A stretch of 64,000 bases of DNA from the IMG/VR virus record IMGVR_UViG_3300027847_001698; one strand, 5' to 3'. Of the stretch, positions 28,981 to 39,094 are shown piece after piece; positions within the stretch are counted from its first letter, which is position 1; each line of letters begins with the position of its first letter. The position numbers and the translations under genes are program-made. The notes beneath the pieces were generated by a model. That model searched no databases. It was not told the DNA's origin and saw only the letters and a program-made list of their open reading frames with translations. The DNA comes from a virus. Its lineage: Duplodnaviria; Caudoviricetes.

Positions 28981-29076
28981 AAAAAAAGGGCTCATGTCCC
29001 TTCTTTTGTTGGATCCCCTTCCACCCAAAGTGGGTGCTTTCGAATCTCATCTCGAATCTCTGGTGTTGAGTGAAAG

Positions 29077-29208
29077 TTACTGCGGGTAATTTTCGAGGTC
29101 GTACTGCGCTTCGGCATCTCCCACTTCAGCGACTTTACGGGTGGCGTACGAAAAGCCGGTAAAGATCCCGTTCCGGATTTTCTTCAGAAAGTTCTTTAGG
29201 CTAAACAT
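29077..29208 (-). CDS. Small accessory peptide (43 aa)
   Basis: AGAGG RBS before ATG 29208 (MFSLKNFLKKIRNG...); GC-richer; TATATATAG motif upstream. Confidence 0.5.
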   Translation of the reverse strand: MFSLKNFLKKIRNGIFTGFSYATRKVAEVGDAEAQYDLENYPQ

Positions 29209-29286
29209 AATAAACCTCTTGATAAATTGTTGATTAGAACTCCCAATCATATAATTAGTATATAATTGTATTCCTTTCAAATTATT

Positions 29287-29298
29287 ATATATATAGAC
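29287..29298 (-). promoter_or_regulatory. Accessory-gene promoter-like motif
   Basis: ATATATATAGAC. Confidence 0.55.
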
Positions 29299-29382
29299 GG
29301 ATATAATATATAACAAGTAAGAATCTAAAATTAAATTTGAGAACAACAAGTAATAATAAACAATTTTAATGGATTAAATAAT

Positions 29383-29727
29383 ATGGCTAGAACGCAATCG
29401 GTAGTTAAAAAATTGTATAATGAGACTGTATCTGGTGATATTGTTTTGGATTCAGAAGCACTACCAGTTGACATTATTAGAGAATGTAATGACAAAAAGA
29501 CACTTTGTGAACATGACGGATTTTATATGGCATTCTGTAAAGCAAAACATGAAGACCAGAAATGCGTTAGGATGATTTTTGCAATCAAAGAAGGAAATAA
29601 AGTAAAGAATATAAGTAAGATAATGGATATGATTAAAAATTTAGAATCAGTTTTTGTTTACATGGATCAGTGTTTGACAAGTAAAGAAAATGGATTCTCA
29701 TATATTGATGCAATCAAGATGGCATAA
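29383..29727 (+). CDS. Hypothetical protein
   Basis: ORF track; AGAACAA at 29340. Confidence 0.7.
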   Translation: MARTQSVVKKLYNETVSGDIVLDSEALPVDIIRECNDKKTLCEHDGFYMAFCKAKHEDQKCVRMIFAIKEGNKVKNISKIMDMIKNLESVFVYMDQCLTSKENGFSYIDAIKMA

Positions 29728-29741
29728 CAAAGGACATTAAA

Positions 29742-30539
29742 ATGAATTTAGTTGAAGACGTAACAGAGGAAATTAAAAAGGAACCATCAAAGGAAGTTTC
29801 ATTAGAGGATTTTCAAAAGTTGGTAGAATGTTTTAGAATAATCACTGAAACAAATTGTACTGATTGTGACATCGAGAAGGGGGTTATCAGACAACGAACG
29901 AATGATAGACATTCTCTATTACGAATGGACTTGACTCCAATTCTAGGAGATTTTAATTTAGGTATTGCATCCACTAAACAGAAAGTGGGTATAATGAGAA
30001 TGTTTTCAGATTTTGAAGATTCGAAGAATATTCTAATAACTGATAAAGGTACATTCTTCAGATATAATGATCAACATTCAAAGATTGAAAGCACAAAGCC
30101 AGATAGAGCATTACTTGACAATCAATATATTTCAGATGAAAAATATAATGATTACACCAATATAGATTCGGATGAACTTCTATTATCTACTGAAATTGAA
30201 TCTAATTTTAATAAAAAGATTAGTATTGTAGGTGAGCATATTGATTCAGATATGGTTATCATTTCAATGAATAAGCTAACTGCAACTATTGGATTAGAAG
30301 AAGCAAATAAAGAAAATAAAATAACAGTAGTTAAGGATATTCCTCTTAATCAGGAAGTTGAAAAGTCATCTTGTAGGGTTTTTATTCTACCATTCAAAAT
30401 GGAAACAATTGGACCAATCAGTCTTAATATTTATAAACGAAAGAAGAATGTTGCGTTTTGTCAGTTCGATATGACACTAATAAACGGAATTACTTTCAAT
30501 GTCTATATCTTAGCAAAAATAACTTATACCACGAAGTAA
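29742..30539 (+). CDS. Probable sliding clamp (gp45/PCNA-like)
   Basis: 265 aa, beta-rich; RQRTNDRHSLLRMDL resembles the clamp N-terminal strand; replication context. Confidence 0.55.
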   Translation: MNLVEDVTEEIKKEPSKEVSLEDFQKLVECFRIITETNCTDCDIEKGVIRQRTNDRHSLLRMDLTPILGDFNLGIASTKQKVGIMRMFSDFEDSKNILITDKGTFFRYNDQHSKIESTKPDRALLDNQYISDEKYNDYTNIDSDELLLSTEIESNFNKKISIVGEHIDSDMVIISMNKLTATIGLEEANKENKITVVKDIPLNQEVEKSSCRVFILPFKMETIGPISLNIYKRKKNVAFCQFDMTLINGITFNVYILAKITYTTK

Positions 30540-30561
30540 TAATACATAGGAATACATTAGA

Positions 30562-30759
30562 ATGAAATTCATTGTAGTATGGTTAGCAGGTATGATTATA
30601 TCCCCAGAAGATAGATTAAATTGGAAGATTGAGTTTCAAGTAACAAAAACTGGATACACTGGAACTTCGTTTTTTAATACAGCGGGGATCGTGGGTCTCT
30701 TAATTAAAGGTGGTTTTAGAAGTTATGAATCTTGTACTATTACTAAGTTGAAAGGTTGA
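30562..30759 (+). CDS. Small hypothetical protein
   Basis: ORF track; AGGA upstream. Confidence 0.45.
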   Translation: MKFIVVWLAGMIISPEDRLNWKIEFQVTKTGYTGTSFFNTAGIVGLLIKGGFRSYESCTITKLKG

Positions 30760-30808
30760 AAGAAGTAATTGGGAATACCCGAAATTAAACTAGTATGGAA
30801 CATAATCT

Positions 30809-30994
30809 GTGATTATGATATACGACATACTGACTGACAATTTTATAATACAGCTAGAATTGATGGGAGGGTCCTGTAGTTGCAGAAAGCAACGAGTGAG
30901 ATTTACCCCTATCTCATATGAACAGGTAATAGAAATAATGAATCATAAAAAACCATTTAAGGTAGTAGATCATCATAACCGAGAAGACGAATGA
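30809..30994 (+). CDS. Small hypothetical protein
   Basis: ORF track; ATGA overlap with next gene. Confidence 0.5.
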   Translation: MIMIYDILTDNFIIQLELMGGSCSCRKQRVRFTPISYEQVIEIMNHKKPFKVVDHHNREDE

Positions 30995-32112
30995 ATATAT
31001 CACAACTAATGAACTATTATCCCAAATACTCATATTTGGATCAGATAGTATCTTCATCTGGTAAAGACAAAATAACGCTCTTTATTGATTTAAAGAGTTG
31101 TATGCAATCTCTTTATCAGGAGTGGGCAGTTCGATATATCATAGATCAATCAAGAGGAACCCGTCAAGTGGATTGCTCTATGTTTGGATCTCTGTTAGAG
31201 TTTATCTCATGGCATAAAAACTATGCAAAAAAACGAGGATTGGGGATCTCCTTCTTCGTTTTTTTGGAGTCAGGAAAATCGGGTTACCATACAAACATAG
31301 AACCTCGGTATAAAGCAAATCGTAAACTAACAGATTTTTTTGGTCTTGATTCAGATACCAAAGAGCTGTTCTTTAATGTAATGGATAAAAACTACAATGT
31401 AATAGAAAAGGTATGCAATAAGCTTCCTGATGTTACTTGTATCAGGTTAAGGTATCTTGAAGCTGATTTTATTCCATGGTATACTGTCAAAAATTTAAAT
31501 GTAATGGATGAAGATCAGGTTGGGGTTATATATTCAACTGACAAAGATATGTTACAATGTTTAGATGATGGGAAAATGTATCAATTTTATAGGCATTATA
31601 AAAATCATAAAATCTTATCTGGTAAAGATGTGTTTGATCATTACTTTAAAGATACGTTAGAGTGGAATTATGATCCTGAATATATTGCTTTAATATTAGC
31701 AATTGTTGGGGATACTGCCGATGGAATCGAAGGTATAAAGGGAATAGGGGATAAAACTATTAAAAAAGTTCTCCCTGAAATTATTGAATCATGTGGGTCT
31801 ATGGAAGATATTTGCAAAAAGGTACTAAATAAAGAAAAACTATTTGAAAATCTCGGAACAAATAAAAATAAACCTCTAGAAAAAATTGCAGCAAATGAGG
31901 ATATTGTAACCAGAAATTTGAAACTTACATCATATAGAATATTATCTGATCATGTATCTAATAGTATTGATTATGTAGAAAGAGTCAAAACGATAGGAGA
32001 TACGGTATCCAACAAGCGGAAAATAGTTAACGGCGAAGTGCTAAACGAAGCACTATCAAAGTTAGGGTTGCATGGAATGATGTCAGAGGACGCAGTTTTT
32101 AATATCTTTTGA
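30991..32112 (+). CDS. 5'-3' exonuclease / RNase H (FEN-like, T4 rnh-like)
   Basis: YKANR, LEADFI, STDKDMLQ, IVGDTADGIEGIKGIGDKT. Confidence 0.9.
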   Translation: MNISQLMNYYPKYSYLDQIVSSSGKDKITLFIDLKSCMQSLYQEWAVRYIIDQSRGTRQVDCSMFGSLLEFISWHKNYAKKRGLGISFFVFLESGKSGYHTNIEPRYKANRKLTDFFGLDSDTKELFFNVMDKNYNVIEKVCNKLPDVTCIRLRYLEADFIPWYTVKNLNVMDEDQVGVIYSTDKDMLQCLDDGKMYQFYRHYKNHKILSGKDVFDHYFKDTLEWNYDPEYIALILAIVGDTADGIEGIKGIGDKTIKKVLPEIIESCGSMEDICKKVLNKEKLFENLGTNKNKPLEKIAANEDIVTRNLKLTSYRILSDHVSNSIDYVERVKTIGDTVSNKRKIVNGEVLNEALSKLGLHGMMSEDAVFNIF

Positions 32113-32122
32113 GAGATAACTA

Positions 32123-32833
32123 ATGATAAGTTGGAGTTTTATAATTGAGCGCCTAAAGGAAGAGCTTGGCCTTCCTTTTCAAGTGTTAGAACGAAGCGAT
32201 GAAGAGATAGAAGAGTATCTCAAAAAAAATACTGTAAAAAAATTCTCTAAGTTCTTTCCTACTAAATACAGAATTACTCTAGAAACTAGTGTATCAGATG
32301 TACAGGTACCAAATAGACAGAGTGAATTTTATGTAGTTGATCCGGACGATAGGACTATTTTAAGTATAATAGATTTCATACCAACATTTGGAACTAAACT
32401 TTTAACAGGACATCCAGTCATGGGAGCATTTAGTTATAATGCTATTCCTGAATATGCACTAGCTGTTAATGCTGCAAATACCACAGAATTATTTTCGATT
32501 TATAACTATACTCATGAATTTATGGCACCAAATATTATCCGCATCAGTCCTATATTCAATGGTCAAGCAGTTATTGAATATGAGAGATCAATTGATCCAG
32601 AGTTATCTGATATTCATCCTGAACTGGAAGATGATTTTACAGAATTATGTATCGCCATGTTTTTTCAACAAATAGGACGTATCAGACGGAGATATAGTAA
32701 TATCAATACCCCATTTGGGGATATACAATTAAATGCCGAAGAAATCTTCTCGGAAGGAGAAACTAGGTATAATGAATTAATGGAAAAGTTTAACAATGGA
32801 ACTATTCCTAACGTAATTTTTTCTAGAGGGTAA
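32123..32833 (+). CDS. Neck protein (T4 gp13-like)
   Basis: IIERLKEELGLP...SDEEIEEYL; C-terminal TPFGDIQLNAEEIFSEG. Confidence 0.65.
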   Translation: MISWSFIIERLKEELGLPFQVLERSDEEIEEYLKKNTVKKFSKFFPTKYRITLETSVSDVQVPNRQSEFYVVDPDDRTILSIIDFIPTFGTKLLTGHPVMGAFSYNAIPEYALAVNAANTTELFSIYNYTHEFMAPNIIRISPIFNGQAVIEYERSIDPELSDIHPELEDDFTELCIAMFFQQIGRIRRRYSNINTPFGDIQLNAEEIFSEGETRYNELMEKFNNGTIPNVIFSRG

Positions 32834-32924
32834 TTTACTATGAGAATAAAAACCGGTACAGATTTATATAGACGACTGTTACAAAAAACACAGAATTAAT
32901 AATATAAACATAAGGTAACTTATT

Positions 32925-33449
32925 ATGCCAGACTTATCATATTCAAATCCTGCAAAACAACTTCCCGGTAGAAGACCAGGTGAAGTCGGAGGACCACCAC
33001 TAGATAGACGTAACGCAAGAACTAGAGTGGGAAGTGGTGATTACAACAATCCACAACCTCCAGAAATGCAAGGAAATGGACTATCTACTAATCATGACAA
33101 TGATGAAACTAATGTATTTGATGGAGTTAGTCCGAATGATTATGGAAAGACTGCAACAGTAGAAATACTAGTAAGTAGTACTGAGAGGAAAGTTAAAGGG
33201 GCGTATATGGGATTCGAATATTGGAATGGATCATCATGGGTGGCCACTACAGTGGAACCTAGATACGGTGGAGCGTTGTCAATGACATTTAATGTCGTAT
33301 TAGCTTCGACTCCTAGATTATCATTTAGAACTAGAGGAATGGACAATATGACATTACCAACTGGAACATATTCATATATCATGAAACTAATAGTAGATGG
33401 TAAAACAAAAGCTGAAGATTCAGCAACATTTGATCATAGTGAAGTTTAA
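32925..33449 (+). CDS. Hypothetical, possibly structural protein
   Basis: ORF track; Pro/Gly-rich N-terminus, beta-rich C-terminus. Confidence 0.65.
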   Translation: MPDLSYSNPAKQLPGRRPGEVGGPPLDRRNARTRVGSGDYNNPQPPEMQGNGLSTNHDNDETNVFDGVSPNDYGKTATVEILVSSTERKVKGAYMGFEYWNGSSWVATTVEPRYGGALSMTFNVVLASTPRLSFRTRGMDNMTLPTGTYSYIMKLIVDGKTKAEDSATFDHSEV

Positions 33450-33556
33450 ATACTAACAAAAATAAGGAATGAAAATGAGTAAATTATACGGATATATTGC
33501 AGAAGATATGATATTTCACGGATTTATTAATTATCAAATTTTAGTAAGACAATATA

Positions 33557-34132
33557 ATGCCTAGTTATAAAAGAAAGCAATTTCAAGATGGAGATTCTGT
33601 TCGTCCGGGTGATATCCCTAACGAGGATCAATTAATACCGAAAGCTAATCTCTTTTGGTATGGAGCTAAAGATCTTATTGAGAGATTGAAAGCTCAGGGG
33701 ATAATGACACCGAATAGATTACTAAAAACATATCCGTCACATGAGGAACATATACGTGATGTATATGGGACTTATATAGATGGGGTATCTAAAGGGAATG
33801 CCGTTCCCGTTTTTTTTAGTCGGATTCCTGAAACGTTAGATAACACAAGATCGTTTATAGAAAAGAATTCTCCAGTTAGGATTTTGATTCCTAAATTACT
33901 TAGGTCAAAAAAGAAATTTAAGATCCTAGCAGCAATGCCAAACAACCCTGACAAGTTAATCATTATAACAGAAGAACGATTAGCAAAGTTAACTATCAAA
34001 GAAGATGTATGGTATAAGTTTTTTGAAAGAAGTAAAGATCCTTATTTTAGGGATGTTCCACAAGCATTAATATTTAGTAGTGAAGGGATAATTCCTCCTT
34101 TTGCATGTAAAATTTTAAAAGTAGGAAAATGA
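33557..34132 (+). CDS. Hypothetical protein
   Basis: ORF track. Confidence 0.7.
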   Translation: MPSYKRKQFQDGDSVRPGDIPNEDQLIPKANLFWYGAKDLIERLKAQGIMTPNRLLKTYPSHEEHIRDVYGTYIDGVSKGNAVPVFFSRIPETLDNTRSFIEKNSPVRILIPKLLRSKKKFKILAAMPNNPDKLIIITEERLAKLTIKEDVWYKFFERSKDPYFRDVPQALIFSSEGIIPPFACKILKVGK

Positions 34133-34496
34133 ACTCAAAATTTAAACAAGTGCCAAATATTTTAAATCGTAATAAGGATATCTTAAAACGAGGTGGGATT
34201 GGTGCTGCTGCAGGTGGTGTAAAGGCGGATTAAAAATATCCAATGCGAATGAACGAGTTCAACACTGGAAAGCCAAATTTAAATCCTCTCAATCTGATAC
34301 CCAGAAAGAATTTGCTAAACAAAAATTAAAACATTGGATATCTGTTGCAAGAAAAAAGAGAATGTCTTCTATTAAATCTAAAGCAATTAATTCTGGAATT
34401 AGGGGAGCAGGAATTGATGGAGCAGCTGGAATAGTATCTCATCTTAGAGTAAGTTCTAAAATGAAAGATTATTTAAATACAACTTCTAATTTATAA
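34129..34496 (+). pseudogene. Frameshifted basic Gly-zipper protein (or sequence error)
   Basis: ATGA-coupled start; MNSKFKQ...RGGIGAAAGGVKAD* stops at 34233; the -1 frame continues GLKISNANERVQHWKAKFK...GIRGAGIDGAAG...TSNL* to 34496. Confidence 0.6.
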
Positions 34497-34520
34497 TTAA
34501 CAAAACATGGACAATTTAAT

Positions 34521-34748
34521 ATGGCTAATGTAAAAGTAACAGTAACATCATCAACTACATTTTATAATGAAGTTATGGATGAAACAACTGTTGCAGCATA
34601 TGTTGCAGCAGCAAACACGGCTGGATTTTTTGAAAATTCAGATTCTAATATTTTTATTCCATTTGCAAATGGATCAGTAGTTGTGAATGCAGAAGCATAT
34701 GATCAAGCAGATAGAGAAGATGCAGGGAATTTCGGACCTGGTGTATAA
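34521..34748 (+). CDS. Small hypothetical protein (75 aa)
   Basis: ORF track. Confidence 0.65.
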   Translation: MANVKVTVTSSTTFYNEVMDETTVAAYVAAANTAGFFENSDSNIFIPFANGSVVVNAEAYDQADREDAGNFGPGV

Positions 34749-34763
34749 AATTTTAAATTAAAA

Positions 34764-34904
34764 ATGAAAATTATACAAGAGTTTTTAGATAGAGGTAACC
34801 ATTTATATCATGCATCTAAGACTTCGGGTATTAAAGTTCTAGAGCCTTAATCTAATAAGGCTGAATATTGCGATTGTTGTAAACACTTCTTACTACAACA
34901 ATAA
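34764..34904 (+). pseudogene. Remnant of a capsid-targeted protein with an LYH(G/A)S motif
   Basis: MKIIQEFLDRGNHLYHASKTSGIKVLEP* (TAA 34848-50), then SNKAEY... in frame. Confidence 0.4.
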
Positions 34905-34921
34905 ACACTAACATTATTTAT

Positions 34922-34957
34922 TATGTTTTAAATTACATATATGTTTTAAATTACATA
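34922..34957. repeat. Perfect 18-bp tandem duplication
   Basis: TATGTTTTAAATTACATA twice (34922-34939, 34940-34957). Confidence 0.9.
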
Positions 34958-34970
34958 AGGGAACCTATAC

Positions 34971-35444
34971 ATGAAACTTCCATCGAAACAGCATATAAGT
35001 ATTACTGCTGTAATTAGTGTGTTAACTGCAATAATAGTATTCTTATCAACTCAAATATGGAACTATGGAGTTGAATGGAAAGCAGAAGTAGATATAGATA
35101 GGCAGAAACTAGTAATAATGGATTCACAAAAAACATATGTTGAAGCTCAAGCTAGAAAGATGCAAAATTTAGAAGAGAAGTTAAAGGAGATTGAAATCCA
35201 AACTAGTGTTATGGATAGATTGATAACAAAATATTTATTATCATCTAGTAGTGGAGTATCCCTCAATTCAACTACAGTTAGTGATGGGGCAGAATTTGAA
35301 CCAGAAGAAGATTTGAAAATACTAGAAGAATTAAAACAATTTGAAATTAAAACGTTTGAAGACTATAAAGAAGATTTGATGTTTGATCATGAGCAGATGC
35401 AACAAATGCAACAACAAATGCTACCCCAGGAGACTAGAAAGTAA
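34971..35444 (+). CDS. Membrane-anchored coiled-coil protein
   Basis: N-terminal TM (ITAVISVLTAIIVFL), coiled coil, Gln-rich end. Confidence 0.7.
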   Translation: MKLPSKQHISITAVISVLTAIIVFLSTQIWNYGVEWKAEVDIDRQKLVIMDSQKTYVEAQARKMQNLEEKLKEIEIQTSVMDRLITKYLLSSSSGVSLNSTTVSDGAEFEPEEDLKILEELKQFEIKTFEDYKEDLMFDHEQMQQMQQQMLPQETRK

Positions 35445-35492
35445 ATATTACAATAAGAATAAATTAATGTATTAAAACAAAAGGAAGTTATA

Positions 35493-35858
35493 ATGAGCCA
35501 GATACAGGAACTAGTAAACCAATGTCATGCTACCGCATTAGATAAAGGATTCTATGATAAAACAAATGAAATCATAGATGTGTTAGGTAGTCATAGTGAA
35601 TTAGTAACGAATTACAAGAAGTCTGAAATTGCAAAAAGACTAATGTTGATTACTAGTGAATTGGGTGAAGGAATGGAGGCGGACAGAGATGATAATTACG
35701 GCTATGAAAAGAAAAGTTCATTTGAAGATGAAATGGCTGATGTGTTTATTAGACTATTCGATTTGTGTGGATGGATGGGTATCGACATTGATAGGCAAAT
35801 TAAATGGAAAATGGGGCATAATAAAACTAGAGAAAAACTTCACGGGAAACAATATTAA
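35493..35858 (+). CDS. mazG: MazG-like nucleotide pyrophosphohydrolase
   Basis: [38 protein letters not shown]. Confidence 0.88.
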   Translation: MSQIQELVNQCHATALDKGFYDKTNEIIDVLGSHSELVTNYKKSEIAKRLMLITSELGEGMEADRDDNYGYEKKSSFEDEMADVFIRLFDLCGWMGIDIDRQIKWKMGHNKTREKLHGKQY

Positions 35859-35860
35859 AA

Positions 35861-37555
35861 ATGATAATCTCTGAAATGTTCTATACTCTTCAAGGTGAAG
35901 GGTATTATTGTGGTGTTCCTTCTGTGTTCGTTAGGACCAGCGGATGCAATTTAAGGTGTTCTTGGTGCTTTTCAGAAAATACAGCAGTGGATACCCCAAC
36001 TGGTGGAAAAAAAATAAAAGATTTAACTATAAATGATGAGGTTTTAACTATAAATCCAGAAACTAATGTATTATCTACTGATGTAGTTATGGATGTATTA
36101 ACCAGGTCGGTAGATATAGAATCTATGATTTGTGTAAAAACTAAAACAAAGAAATTCTTTGTAACTAAAGATCATCCATTTAAAATAAAAGGAAAAGGGT
36201 TTATAGAAGCTCAAAACTTGAAAGAATCGGATACTATAATTTCAGCTACATCAAATCAATTAAATTCGTATAGGATGAAAAATAATAATCCTATGAAAAT
36301 AGAAAAGAATTTAAAAAAAATGATTGAAACTACATCAAGAAGATTTAATTCTGGTGAAATAAAACCATATACACGGACAACTACTCAAAAACAAATCTGG
36401 AAAAAAAGGATGACAGAGAATAATCCTATGAAAAATCCAGAAACTGTTCTAAAACAATGCCAGAATACATTTAGAGGGAAAAGTAAATTAGAAGGACGGT
36501 TTGAAAAGTTTTTCGAAATTAATAATTTTCCAGTTAAATATACAGGTAATAATAAAAAAGTAGTTAGAAATAATAACAAATTGAGATTTCCTGATTTTTG
36601 TGTGGAAGATACATCAAAGGTTATTGAAATTTATGATTCTACTATGGGATATTTAAATCCTAATGGTAGAAAAAAAAGAGATAAAGAGTGGGAAGATAAT
36701 ACTATTTCTTATTATAATGAATCTGGTTATTCTTGTATGGTATTGAATGAAAAAGATTTGAAAGATAAAAATAAACTTAAAACTCATGTAAGTGAATTTA
36801 TTTTTAATGGTGAAGATGTTGTAGGTGTATCTCCCTTGAATGATAAACAGAAATCATTATTATATGGGAATAAACATATTACTAAAGTTGATGTCTACAA
36901 TTTAACAACTAAAACTAATACATTTTTAAGTCAGGGATGTTTGGTTCATAATTGTGATACACCATATTCATCTTGGTGGACAGAAGGAGACAACCAAAGC
37001 CCTCAAGATATTATAGACTTAACGGACCAGTGGCGTCATGTAAAACACTTTGTTGTTTCTGGTGGGGAGCCTACTATCCAAAAGGATCTTCCTGAGTTAA
37101 TAACATTGTTAAAAGACTTGGGTCATATTGTAACGATAGAAACTAATGGGACTAAATTTGTAAAAGAAATGGATCCTCATTTATACAGTATAAGCCCAAA
37201 GACATCAAATAGCTATCCGATAGAAGGAGTAAAGACTCCTACTGGTAGTTGGGAAAAGGAATTGAGAATTCATACCCGTGGAAACAAATTAGATGCATTA
37301 ACAGACTATATAAATAGTGGAATAGATTATCAAATAAAATTTGTAACCCAGAATGATGAAGATTTACAAGAAATAAAAGACATGATTGAAAAATATAGTA
37401 TTCCTCATGATAGGGTATATTTAATGCCTGAAGGATTTACTAGAGAATTACAACAACAACGAACATCTGAAATTGCAGAGTTATGTAAGGCAGAAGGATT
37501 TATTTTTTGTCCTAGAATCCATATAGATATATGGGGGGACAAACGAGGAGTTTAG
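35861..37555 (+). CDS. queE: 7-carboxy-7-deazaguanine synthase (radical SAM), intein-containing
   Basis: [62 protein letters not shown]; 235 aa after splicing. Confidence 0.92.
   Translation: MIISEMFYTLQGEGYYCGVPSVFVRTSGCNLRCSWCFSENTAVDTPTGGKKIKDLTINDEVLTINPETNVLSTDVVMDVLTRSVDIESMICVKTKTKKFFVTKDHPFKIKGKGFIEAQNLKESDTIISATSNQLNSYRMKNNNPMKIEKNLKKMIETTSRRFNSGEIKPYTRTTTQKQIWKKRMTENNPMKNPETVLKQCQNTFRGKSKLEGRFEKFFEINNFPVKYTGNNKKVVRNNNKLRFPDFCVEDTSKVIEIYDSTMGYLNPNGRKKRDKEWEDNTISYYNESGYSCMVLNEKDLKDKNKLKTHVSEFIFNGEDVVGVSPLNDKQKSLLYGNKHITKVDVYNLTTKTNTFLSQGCLVHNCDTPYSSWWTEGDNQSPQDIIDLTDQWRHVKHFVVSGGEPTIQKDLPELITLLKDLGHIVTIETNGTKFVKEMDPHLYSISPKTSNSYPIEGVKTPTGSWEKELRIHTRGNKLDALTDYINSGIDYQIKFVTQNDEDLQEIKDMIEKYSIPHDRVYLMPEGFTRELQQQRTSEIAELCKAEGFIFCPRIHIDIWGDKRGV
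35966..36952 (+). mobile_element. Intein (329 aa) with Vsr/DUF559-like endonuclease
   Basis: Starts [11 protein letters not shown], block B TKDHPF, ends VYNLTT...LVHN followed by Cys+1; internal NNPMK repeats and SKLE...FPDF...VIEI. Confidence 0.92.
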
Positions 37556-37600
37556 AAAAAAAGGGAGATGGGAGTCTCTGAATGCCCATCTCCACTTCTT
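37556..37600. terminator. Bidirectional terminator
   Basis: A-run, GGAGATGGG/CCCATCTCC stem (37564-72/37585-93). Confidence 0.8.
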
Positions 37601-37635
37601 ACAAATTGTATCCCTAAGACACCCGAGTAATTATC

Positions 37636-37858
37636 AGAATAGTGACAACAACAAATAAATATCACTATTCTAATACATATCCGCTCAGGAGATAGAATCC
37701 TAAAAAACTTCCGCCATCTAAGAGAATCTTCGAAACAATGGCACAGACCAATGTATTACATTGTAACAATACCTATCTCTAAGATGACGGAAATAGAATG
37801 CAAGAGTCAAGAACCGAGACGATGATTAATGCGTCCCTTAAAGTTCCGTTCTCTTGCA
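37636..37858 (-). ncRNA. Candidate structured RNA / long structured 3' tract
   Basis: Stems 37636-45/37662-71 (10 bp), 37709-19/37782-92 (G-U only on minus strand), 37799-806/37851-58; no convincing ORF. Confidence 0.5.
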
Positions 37859-37878
37859 AATTCAAATCTATTGCAAAT

Positions 37879-38034
37879 TCAAAATTCAAAAAGTTTAAAT
37901 TTCTTTGAAAAGTATCTTTCTTTCAACTTTCCTGCTTGGTATGCACTTGCACCCGTAGCAATCAAGATTATAGTGAATCTTAATACTAATACAGTCATAA
38001 AATACCACATTGGTAGTTGAAGCTCACTCATCAT
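37879..38034 (-). CDS. Small single-TM peptide (51 aa), not in ORF track
   Basis: MMSELQLPMWYFMTVLVLRFTIILIATGASAYQAGKLKERYFSKKFKLFEF*; TATATATA motif immediately upstream. Confidence 0.5.
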   Translation of the reverse strand: MMSELQLPMWYFMTVLVLRFTIILIATGASAYQAGKLKERYFSKKFKLFEF

Positions 38035-38078
38035 AAGTTAATATATATAATAAAAAATTGTTATCCAAACCACGAAAA

Positions 38079-38516
38079 ATGAAACCAATAATATACTTAT
38101 CGGCAACTGTAACGGAATTTGAATATAGAAAAAAATGTATACATGACTATTCAGATGATTTCGTATTTATAGACCCTATACACAATACTTCAAAGATAGT
38201 TTTACTTAAAGATGATTTTCAAGGAATAGTAGATCGATCTGTCAGAGCTTCCGATACGCAAGTTATAGAAATTGTAGAGAAAGATAAAAATGATATTTTA
38301 AGTTCAGACTATATGGTTGTATATATAAATACTCCAACATTTGGAACAATAATGGAGATACTATACGCATATGAATATGATATACCTGTATACGGTATAA
38401 ATCCAAATGGAAAATATATAAACGATATTTGGTTTAGATATCATGTGCAGAACATATATGAATCTGTCGATGAATGTTATAATGCTATTAAATTATTGGG
38501 GTATCCGCAATTATGA
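38079..38516 (+). CDS. Nucleoside 2-deoxyribosyltransferase / dNMP N-glycosidase-like
   Basis: IYLSA, DPI, DKNDILSSDYMVVY, GTIMEILYAY..IPVY. Confidence 0.8.
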   Translation: MKPIIYLSATVTEFEYRKKCIHDYSDDFVFIDPIHNTSKIVLLKDDFQGIVDRSVRASDTQVIEIVEKDKNDILSSDYMVVYINTPTFGTIMEILYAYEYDIPVYGINPNGKYINDIWFRYHVQNIYESVDECYNAIKLLGYPQL

Positions 38517-39070
38517 AAGAAGTTGTTGCAATTACAGGAAAGGCGAGAGCAGGAAAAGATACCATAGGCAATTTCTTAGTAAATAATTATGGATTCATTA
38601 AGTATTCTTTTGCTGATGCTATACGGGAAATAGTTAAAACTGCATTTGTTTTATCTGATTCCGAAGTTAGATCTGAAACATTAAAGGAAGCACCATTAGC
38701 TGATTTTCCAGAATGGTCAGTTAGAAAATTATTACAAGTCATTGGCACTGACTTATTCAGAAAATATATACATGAAGATATATGGGTATATAATGTTGCC
38801 AAGAGAATTGAAAAAAATGATAACTCTAGAGTAGTTATAACAGATGTTCGATTTCCAAATGAGCTAGATGTATTAGATACCATTCCTAATGCAAGAGTAA
38901 CTACTATTAAAGTTACTAGACATGGAAGAGATGGGGATGTAGGTCTTACTGGGCATGAATCTGAATCATATGATTTACCTACAAAATATTCTATTTCAAA
39001 TAATGTATCTATAGAGTCTCTACATACTAGAATTAATCATATTATACAAGACATCAAATTGCATATTTAG
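38513..39070 (+). CDS. Deoxynucleoside monophosphate kinase (T4 gp1-like)
   Basis: ITGKARAGKDT, FADAIR, RKLLQVIGTD, VITDVRFPNE, HESE. Confidence 0.92.
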   Translation: MKEVVAITGKARAGKDTIGNFLVNNYGFIKYSFADAIREIVKTAFVLSDSEVRSETLKEAPLADFPEWSVRKLLQVIGTDLFRKYIHEDIWVYNVAKRIEKNDNSRVVITDVRFPNELDVLDTIPNARVTTIKVTRHGRDGDVGLTGHESESYDLPTKYSISNNVSIESLHTRINHIIQDIKLHI

Positions 39071-39094
39071 GAATAAATAAAAAGGAGGTTATAC

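Noticed and set aside
29010-29070. TTCGAATC near a CACCC/GGGTG hairpin, resembling a tRNA T-loop
   Set aside because: No cloverleaf can be built
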